Assembly (NCBI GenBank): GCA_903921945.1 | Contig: CAIXSC010000173.1 | Span: 1 to 34,438 of the forward strand | Direction: 5' to 3' | DNA from: an uncultured Planctomycetaceae bacterium | GTDB taxonomy: Bacteria > Planctomycetota > Planctomycetia > Pirellulales > Pirellulaceae | DNA length: 34,438 nt | Shown: in pieces, positions 23,717 through 30,224 of the stretch | Layout: each line of letters starts with the position of its first letter | How positions within the stretch are numbered: position 1 is the stretch's first letter | Program-made: the position numbers and the translations under genes | Notes under the pieces: generated by a model | What the model was told of the DNA's origin: nothing | Database searches by the model: none | The model's input: the letters and a program-made list of their open reading frames with translations, nothing else

Positions 23717-24721
23717 GTGCTATTCCATCGGGACACGTTTCGCAGCCTTCACGCGCGTTGGCTGGCGTTGGCGATTGTGGCCTTCGCGGCCAGTGCCCTA
23801 GCGTACGTGTGGGAATGGCGGTTGATCGGAGCGCTCCCGGGCGGCGGTTCCCGCGTCGGCTTGGTGCTTGGCGTTGTCGCGGGCATCATTTGCCTGTTTG
23901 AATTCGCGCTCGTAGGGCGCAAAACGCGTTGGTTCCGCACGCGTCGGCGGATTCTCGGCCTATCGATCGGCTCGGCGAAAGCTTGGATGGCCGCCCATAT
24001 TTGGCTCGGTTTGCTCGCCGTGCCCCTGGTTTTTTTGCATAGCGGCTTCCAGTTCGGCGGACCTCTGACCACCGCGTTGGCGTGGCTGTTCGCGTTGGTG
24101 ATCGCCAGCGGCGCGGCCGGTTTGGTGCTTCAAAACATTTTGCCGCGACTCATCACCGATTCGATTCCTGAAGAGACCATCTATTCACAGATCGACACCG
24201 TGGGGCGGCAGTTCGCGGCGGACGCGGTGCGGTTAGCGCAGCGTTACGCCGGACCCGGACCGCGTGGTCTGTGGGACGACTTCGAGTCGCAATTCGCCGC
24301 CGAGCGAGGTGTGGCGGGCGATGTGTTGGTGGTCGGCGCGCCTCGCCGCGTGGGCACGATCGTCACGCCCACACCGCACGGTGAACTTGAGAAACCGCTC
24401 GCGGCCGACTCCCCCGAGCTGCACGCGGCGCTTCGCGATCAGGTTGTCGCCTTCCTCTCGACTGGCCGGGCGGCGTCGGCCGATTTCTCATCGGTCGCGC
24501 GGATTCGCTGGTATTTCGAAGACCTGCGGCGTCGGGTTGTCCGCGACGCCGCCCCTGCGATCGACCAGATTGAGTCGCTCTGCCTGCAACGTCGGCAAAT
24601 GGAACGGCAGAAGAACCTGCATGTCGTTTTGCACTGTTGGCTGTCGGTCCACTTGCCGCTGTCGGTGGCGCTGATGTGGTTGTTGGTCGCTCACGTTTTT
24701 GGCGCCCTGCTGTATGCATAA
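23717..24721 (+). CDS. Polytopic membrane protein with conserved-looking His in TM helices (candidate b-type haem or quinone-interacting subunit), about 334 aa; start uncertain
   Basis: Predicted TM helices: WLALAIVAFAASALAYVW, VGLVLGVVAGIICLFEFALVG, WMAAHIWLGLLAVPLVFLHSG, LTTALAWLFALVIASGAAGLVL. A ~170 aa soluble segment follows, then a terminal TM LHVVLHCWLSVHLPLSVALMWLLVAHVFGALLY. I chose the GTG at 23717; the longest ORF starts at a TTG at 23477 (GGGAG upstream). Confidence 0.6.
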   Translation: MLFHRDTFRSLHARWLALAIVAFAASALAYVWEWRLIGALPGGGSRVGLVLGVVAGIICLFEFALVGRKTRWFRTRRRILGLSIGSAKAWMAAHIWLGLLAVPLVFLHSGFQFGGPLTTALAWLFALVIASGAAGLVLQNILPRLITDSIPEETIYSQIDTVGRQFAADAVRLAQRYAGPGPRGLWDDFESQFAAERGVAGDVLVVGAPRRVGTIVTPTPHGELEKPLAADSPELHAALRDQVVAFLSTGRAASADFSSVARIRWYFEDLRRRVVRDAAPAIDQIESLCLQRRQMERQKNLHVVLHCWLSVHLPLSVALMWLLVAHVFGALLYA

Positions 24722-24754
24722 TCGCCCCAGCATCCTCGCCCGGCGAAACCGTTT

Positions 24755-26575
24755 ATGAGTCCACCTGTCGGTCCCCCGCAATCACCGGCGAAGCAGCGAG
24801 CGCTCCGCATTCCGCTCGATTATTACAAGCGGTGGACCGCTCTCGATCGCGCGAAGTGGATGCTCGCGGCGCTCGCGACCATCGTGGGCGCGGCCTACGC
24901 GGTTTGGGTCGTGGCGGGGTATCGGAGCGGCGCGGCGGCCCGCCAGTTCTCGCCGGGCCATGTGACGCTAGCCCACGCGGCTTGGAACGACCGCTGCGAT
25001 GCGTGCCACGAACCGGGTACGCCACTCAACCCGCACGCCGGTGGCAGCGAGACCCTGCGACAATGGTTGACGGGCGGAACGAAGCCGGCCCGGTTGCTGA
25101 ACGAACAAAAATGTGTCGCCTGCCACCCAGCGGCGACCCACCATCCCCGTCAAATCGCCGACCAAGTTGAAACTTGCGCTTCCTGCCACCACGATCACGC
25201 CGGCGTCGACGCCGATCTGAAGCAAGTCGCCAGCGAACGTTGCATCGCCTGCCATGCGGAGATCGCCGGCCACTCCACGCTGGCCACCGCGACTCCGGCG
25301 GTGAATGTCGCCTCCTGGGCAACTCATCCCGATTTCCGTGCCTTGGATCATGCTGATCCGGGTCGAGTCAAATTCAATCATCGATTGCACCTGCTTCCGG
25401 GGCAGTACCCGCGGGACGCGAAACCTTCCGCCTTGAAACGACTCGGCACGATCCACAAGTCGTATTGGAATCTCCTTGGTTACGCCCAGGACGCGTCACC
25501 CGATACCGTGGTGCAACTCGATTGCTCGGCGTGCCACGAATTCGAAGAAACCTCGGGCCGTCTCGCCTCCACCCGTTCAACGACCGGTTCGCTTGAGAAC
25601 TCAACAACAGAGTCCGCTGCGACAGAGTCCGCTGCGACAGAGTCCGCATCAACAGAGTCCGCTGCGAAACGGGGTGGTCCGCAGAGCGGTGCTTCGAGTC
25701 CGCTGGTGAGCGGGAATGTGCCGGCCACCGGCGCCTACGCGTTGCCGATCCGTTACGAGCGTCACTGCGCGTCTTGCCATGACGCCGACCTTGCGGCAAC
25801 GGTGGAAGGCTCGCGTGGTGCTGTTCGCGCGTCGATTCCGCATGGTTCGTCGCCGGACACGATCCGCGGCCTTCTCCGCGGCGCGTTCTTGGCCGCCGAA
25901 AGCGATTCGAGCACCGCGACCGGTGGCGGCGTTGCACGCGGCACTCCCGGTGACGGTCCGCTGGTTCCACGCCGCGCCGTGCCCGGCCGTTCGCTGCGGA
26001 GCAACGATGCTGGTCAATCGACGGGCACCAGTCTCGAAGCGATTCCCGCGGCGGCCCGCGTTCGACAGGCCGAATTGCAATTGGCGGCGGAAAGCCACTG
26101 TGGGAAATGCCATCCGTTTTCCGCGGCAGACGCGTCGCGCGGCACGGCCCAAGTTGCGGCGGCGACGGACAGTGAACTGCTCGCGGTGGGCCCGACACAG
26201 ATTCCCGCGATCTGGTTATCCAAGGGCGGTTTCGACCATGCCGCGCATCGCGCGTTGCGCTGCGATGCGTGCCATGAATCGTCTTCGTTCGAGTGGTCCG
26301 CGGGCGGCAAGCCGCCAATCGATGATGCCAAGCCGAAGATCCCGCGAATTGACAACTGTCGCCAGTGCCATGGCGATTCGCCGGCTCAGACGAAGGCGTC
26401 CGTCGCGGTTCGTGCGGATTGCGTGACGTGCCATCGCTATCATGCTGCCAACGATCCGCCGCACGGACACGGCGCCCCCTCGCACACGCCGCCGCCGGCG
26501 CGCCGAATTAGCGCCCGCGAGTGGCTCGATGGCCGCTTTTACCGATCGGAACTTGCCGAGGGGACAACGCCGTGA
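24755..26575 (+). CDS. Membrane-anchored decaheme c-type cytochrome, 606 aa
   Basis: Ten CXXCH motifs: CDACH, CVACH, CASCH, CIACH, CSACH, CASCH, CGKCH, CDACH, CRQCH, CVTCH. The N-terminal anchor reads WMLAALATIVGAAYAVWVVAGY. Confidence 0.87.
   Translation: MSPPVGPPQSPAKQRALRIPLDYYKRWTALDRAKWMLAALATIVGAAYAVWVVAGYRSGAAARQFSPGHVTLAHAAWNDRCDACHEPGTPLNPHAGGSETLRQWLTGGTKPARLLNEQKCVACHPAATHHPRQIADQVETCASCHHDHAGVDADLKQVASERCIACHAEIAGHSTLATATPAVNVASWATHPDFRALDHADPGRVKFNHRLHLLPGQYPRDAKPSALKRLGTIHKSYWNLLGYAQDASPDTVVQLDCSACHEFEETSGRLASTRSTTGSLENSTTESAATESAATESASTESAAKRGGPQSGASSPLVSGNVPATGAYALPIRYERHCASCHDADLAATVEGSRGAVRASIPHGSSPDTIRGLLRGAFLAAESDSSTATGGGVARGTPGDGPLVPRRAVPGRSLRSNDAGQSTGTSLEAIPAAARVRQAELQLAAESHCGKCHPFSAADASRGTAQVAAATDSELLAVGPTQIPAIWLSKGGFDHAAHRALRCDACHESSSFEWSAGGKPPIDDAKPKIPRIDNCRQCHGDSPAQTKASVAVRADCVTCHRYHAANDPPHGHGAPSHTPPPARRISAREWLDGRFYRSELAEGTTP
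25607..25666 (+). repeat. 15 nt in-frame tandem repeat (acagagtccgctgcg, 4 copies) encoding (TESAA)n
   Basis: Direct reading; the protein shows TTESAATESAATESASTESAA in a linker between haem motifs 5 and 6. Confidence 0.85.
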
Positions 26576-28326
26576 TGCTGTCCCCGCGTAAACTTGTCCG
26601 CCGCTTCGCCGCGGGACTGTGTGTGGCTGGCTTGGTGTTGGCGTTGCGGGTTGTCCCGGACGGCGCCCCTTCCGCGTCCCGCGCGACGTTCGCCGCGCCT
26701 CAGGCAGCGACTGCATCTTCGGCGGTCCCGGCGTCGGTTCCTTCGGCAGTCCGTGCGGCAGTCCCTTCGCCCGCGGTGGTGGCGGCGAGCCAGTTGTCGG
26801 CCGCACCTAACTCGCCGGCGCCGCCGGCTTCCACAGGGTGCTCGGCTTCCGCCTGCCACGGCGACCCTGTGGCAGGTGAGGTCCGCGATTGGCGTTCCGC
26901 CGCCACGGCGTGGTCGCTGTTCGATCCCCATCGCCGCGCCTTCGCCGTGCTTTACTCGCCGCGCTCCGTGGAGATCTACGACAATTTGCAGCGAGCCGAG
27001 CAGGAAGGCGCGCCGACGAGCATGCTTCGAGCCTCTCAAGGCACGGCTGACACCGCCGCGTCTGCCGCAATCGAAGGGCCTGATCCAGCGGCGTACGCGC
27101 GGTTCCTGGCCGAACGCTGCATCGGTTGCCACGCGACGTCGCAAAAGCCGGAAGCACCGATCGAGACGCTGGCCGGAGTGACCTGCGGCTCATGCCATCC
27201 CAGCGACTCGGCCGAATGGACGGCCGGCCACTATCTTTCAACCTTCCCTGCGAAGTCCACGGTTGACGGCGCATCGCCGGCCGCTCGCGGAGATCTGTGC
27301 AGCTCGTGCCACCTTGGTCCGAAACGCGCGAGCGGACGTGTGTTTGATGTCAATCACGACCTCATCGCCGCCGGCCACCCGCGGATGCTTTTCGAACTCG
27401 ATTCGCTCTTGGCGAACTACCCCAAGCATTGGGACGAACGCGCGGTTGCTTCCAAGCGGCAAACCGCCGAGGGAGCCCGCTTCCAACACCTTGATCAGTG
27501 GTTCGCGGGCCAAGTCGCTGCCGCTCGCCGAACGCTGGATCAGCTAGAGCATCGCGCCGCGCTGGCGTCGCCCGACTTCGCGCAGTTCGCTTGCGGCGAT
27601 TGCCATCATGCCTTGTCGCCGCCGACCGGCCCCCGTCCACGGGCGGCGCGAGCGGCTTCACGTAAGGGCTCGCCTCGTCCGAGTCTCGAGTCGGTGGAAA
27701 CGCTGTTGTCGGGGCCGATAGCAGAGCCGACTGTCGGGGCGGCCGCCGCGTCCTCCGGTGGAGTTTCCACTGCGGACGTGCTCGAATCCGTTCGCCGCCA
27801 ACTGGAACGCTTCCAGCCATTCGACGACGCTGGCCGCGCGGCGATTGCGAAGCTGCGAGAACGCGTCGAGGCGGTTGCGAATCGCGGACCCGCGACGGTT
27901 GCCGATCATCGCGCTGTTGCCCGCTGGCTCGCCGACCAACTCCGCGAGCCGCGGCGGATCGATTCCTGGGATGCGGCTGTCGAGCGGTTGCTGGCCGTCG
28001 ACGCGTTCCGCGCCGATCTGCCGTCCGCCGCGTCGCCGACCGCGGATTCGCCTCCCGCCAAGGCGGCGGTCGCGGCCTTGAACGAAGCGTTGGAGAGGCT
28101 GCGGGCGGCGCTCTCCGATCCAGCATCGTTTGGACAAAACGGGGCGACGAGCGTTTCGACGTCTGTCCCGCCTCTGATTCCGACTCTCATTCCGACTCTG
28201 TACGACACGCCGGCGGCGTTCGATCCGAGCGTCATCGAGCCGTTGTTGCGGGCGGTCGCGGAACGGCTGGATGATCCCGCGTTTCCACTGCCCGCGTTTC
28301 CGAATCCCGAGGGTTCGCGACCATGA
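26575..28326 (+). CDS. Multiheme c-type cytochrome (4 CXXCH plus 1 CX4CH), cytochrome c554/HAO-like N-terminal half and Ala-rich helical C-terminal half, 583 aa
   Basis: Its ATG overlaps the upstream TGA (GTGATG at 26572-26577). The signal/anchor reads MLSPRKLVRRFAAGLCVAGLVLALRVV. Motifs: CSASACH, CIGCH, CGSCH, CSSCH, CGDCH, plus NHDLIAAGHPRMLFE. Confidence 0.8.
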   Translation: MLSPRKLVRRFAAGLCVAGLVLALRVVPDGAPSASRATFAAPQAATASSAVPASVPSAVRAAVPSPAVVAASQLSAAPNSPAPPASTGCSASACHGDPVAGEVRDWRSAATAWSLFDPHRRAFAVLYSPRSVEIYDNLQRAEQEGAPTSMLRASQGTADTAASAAIEGPDPAAYARFLAERCIGCHATSQKPEAPIETLAGVTCGSCHPSDSAEWTAGHYLSTFPAKSTVDGASPAARGDLCSSCHLGPKRASGRVFDVNHDLIAAGHPRMLFELDSLLANYPKHWDERAVASKRQTAEGARFQHLDQWFAGQVAAARRTLDQLEHRAALASPDFAQFACGDCHHALSPPTGPRPRAARAASRKGSPRPSLESVETLLSGPIAEPTVGAAAASSGGVSTADVLESVRRQLERFQPFDDAGRAAIAKLRERVEAVANRGPATVADHRAVARWLADQLREPRRIDSWDAAVERLLAVDAFRADLPSAASPTADSPPAKAAVAALNEALERLRAALSDPASFGQNGATSVSTSVPPLIPTLIPTLYDTPAAFDPSVIEPLLRAVAERLDDPAFPLPAFPNPEGSRP

Positions 28327-30218
28327 TTGTGCAAGAGCTGCTGCGCTTGCAGGACACGTTTGGCTACCTGCCTCGGAAGCAGATGGCGGCGCTTGCTCAT
28401 CGCCTATCCGTGCCGCTCTACCGAGTCCATGAGGTGGCGACGTTTTTTCCCCACTTCACGGTGTTTCCCACCGACGAAGAGGAGCGGCGTGGCGCGGCGG
28501 CGCTGCCCGAATTCGAAGTCGCCGTCTGTCGCGACATGGCCTGCCAACTTCGTGGAGCTCCCCAATATGTGGAGGCGCTCGAGAAGGCGGCGGCCGCTCA
28601 CGGTGGCAAAGTCCGAGTTCGCAGCGTTTCCTGCCTGGGGCGTTGCGACCGCGCACCGGCCGTGCGCATCGTTCAACACGCGTCCGGCGATGCGGGCTCG
28701 AGTCATTCCGATGCCCAGGACTCGTCGAATCACGGGCATCACGTGCGCGCCTTGATGGGAAGGCCGGTCGCCGAGGTCGTTGCTGTGGCCCAGTCGGTGT
28801 TCGCAGGCCGCGTCGATGACCGTTTGCCCGACGATCGGGACATCGCGTTTCCCCCGAGCCAAAACCCGGCCGAATGGCGCATCGATGCTTACGGAGGACA
28901 ACCGCGCGAGGCCCGTTACGCGGCGATTCGCCGGTTTGTGGCCAGCGCCTCCACCGACCCAAGTTTCAATAGCGAACGGGTTCGCATTATCAAGGCGCTG
29001 CAAACGGCGAATCTGCTCGGCATGGGTGGCGCTGGGGGACGGGCTTACAAGAAGTGGAGCGAAGTCCGCGAAGCGACTGGCGAGCGGCGCTACGTGGTGT
29101 GCAACGGCGATGAGAGCGAGCCGGGCACGTTCAAAGACCGCGAACTGTTGTTGCGGGCGCCGCATCTGGTCGTCGAAGGCATTTTGCTCGCCGCCCTGGT
29201 GGTTGGGGCCGAGCACGCCTTCCTTTACATCCGCCACGAATACGAAGAGGCGATCGAAGCGGCGCGACAGGAAATCGCGTGGGCTCGCCAGTATGGACTG
29301 TGTGGCGACAACATCCTCAACTCGGGATTGCGCTGCGATCTGCAAGTGTTCGTCAGCCCGGGCGGCTACATCTGCGGCGAGCAGACAGCGATGGTCCAGG
29401 CGATCCAGGACGAACGTGCCGAGCCCCGGAACCGGCCGCCCGAATTGCAGACGAACGGACTGTGGAACATGCCGACGCTGGTGAACAACGTCGAAACGCT
29501 CGCCTGGGCCCCCGCCATCGCGATCGCCGGCGACGGTTCGGGCCGCTGGTATGCCGACCATGGCCTCGCGGGTTATCAAGGGGCCCGATTTTTTTCCGTG
29601 TCGGGCGATGTCGAAAAGCCGGGCGTTTACGAGGTTCCCATCGGGATCACGCTGGGCGAGCTTTTGGACAATTACTGCGGCGGCATTCAAGGCGGCAAAC
29701 CGATCAAGGCGTTCGCGCTTTCCGGCCCGTCGGGCGGTTTTCTTCCGCCTGTTCTGCCGCTCGATTCGTTCAGTCCGGAAACTCGGGACAAGGTCAAAAA
29801 GTTGGCGGGCGAAGACGCGAACGCTTTCGATCTTCGCAAACTGCCGCTCGATCTGGGCGTCACTCGGCAGTTGAAGTTGATGCTCGGCGCGGCGATCGTC
29901 GTCTACGCGGAAGGCTCGGACCTTGTCGCGCAGATGCTGGCTTGCCAGCGTTTTTACCAAGCCGAGTCTTGCGGCAAATGCGTGCCGTGTCGAATCGGGT
30001 CGGCGAAGCTGGTTTCGATCGGCGAGGATTTGCGGACCGGCAAGCTCGATCAAGCTGCCGCTAACCGGTTGAGCGACCGGCAACAGAGCGAACTGTTCGC
30101 GTTGGCGCAGGCGATGGCGGACACCGCGATTTGTGGACTCGGCACTTCCGCCCCGAATCCGCTCAAATCGCTGCTCGCGTACTTCCCCCAAGATGTCTCC
30201 AAACACCTCCGGACCTAA
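28323..30218 (+). CDS. NuoE-NuoF fusion: NAD(P)H-oxidising flavoprotein (2Fe-2S thioredoxin-like domain plus FMN/NADH/4Fe-4S 51-kDa-type domain), 631 aa
   Basis: ATGA overlap with the upstream gene. The NuoE-like part reads YRVHEVATFFPHF, VAVCRDMACQLRGA, VSCLGRCDRAPAV. The NuoF-like part reads GMGGAGGRAYKKW (FMN), VVCNGDESEPGTFKDRELL (NADH), SPGGYICGEQTAM, PTLVNNVETLA, ESCGKCVPCRIG...ICGLG (4Fe-4S). Confidence 0.9.
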   Translation: MIVQELLRLQDTFGYLPRKQMAALAHRLSVPLYRVHEVATFFPHFTVFPTDEEERRGAAALPEFEVAVCRDMACQLRGAPQYVEALEKAAAAHGGKVRVRSVSCLGRCDRAPAVRIVQHASGDAGSSHSDAQDSSNHGHHVRALMGRPVAEVVAVAQSVFAGRVDDRLPDDRDIAFPPSQNPAEWRIDAYGGQPREARYAAIRRFVASASTDPSFNSERVRIIKALQTANLLGMGGAGGRAYKKWSEVREATGERRYVVCNGDESEPGTFKDRELLLRAPHLVVEGILLAALVVGAEHAFLYIRHEYEEAIEAARQEIAWARQYGLCGDNILNSGLRCDLQVFVSPGGYICGEQTAMVQAIQDERAEPRNRPPELQTNGLWNMPTLVNNVETLAWAPAIAIAGDGSGRWYADHGLAGYQGARFFSVSGDVEKPGVYEVPIGITLGELLDNYCGGIQGGKPIKAFALSGPSGGFLPPVLPLDSFSPETRDKVKKLAGEDANAFDLRKLPLDLGVTRQLKLMLGAAIVVYAEGSDLVAQMLACQRFYQAESCGKCVPCRIGSAKLVSIGEDLRTGKLDQAAANRLSDRQQSELFALAQAMADTAICGLGTSAPNPLKSLLAYFPQDVSKHLRT

Positions 30219-30224
30219 CGCGCT

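Noticed and set aside
23290-23736. 148-aa minus-strand ORF between the PQQ gene and the membrane protein
   Set aside because: It is Arg/Pro/Ser-rich with no RBS or motifs, and it lies in the divergent intergenic region overlapping the possible 5' extension of the plus-strand gene.
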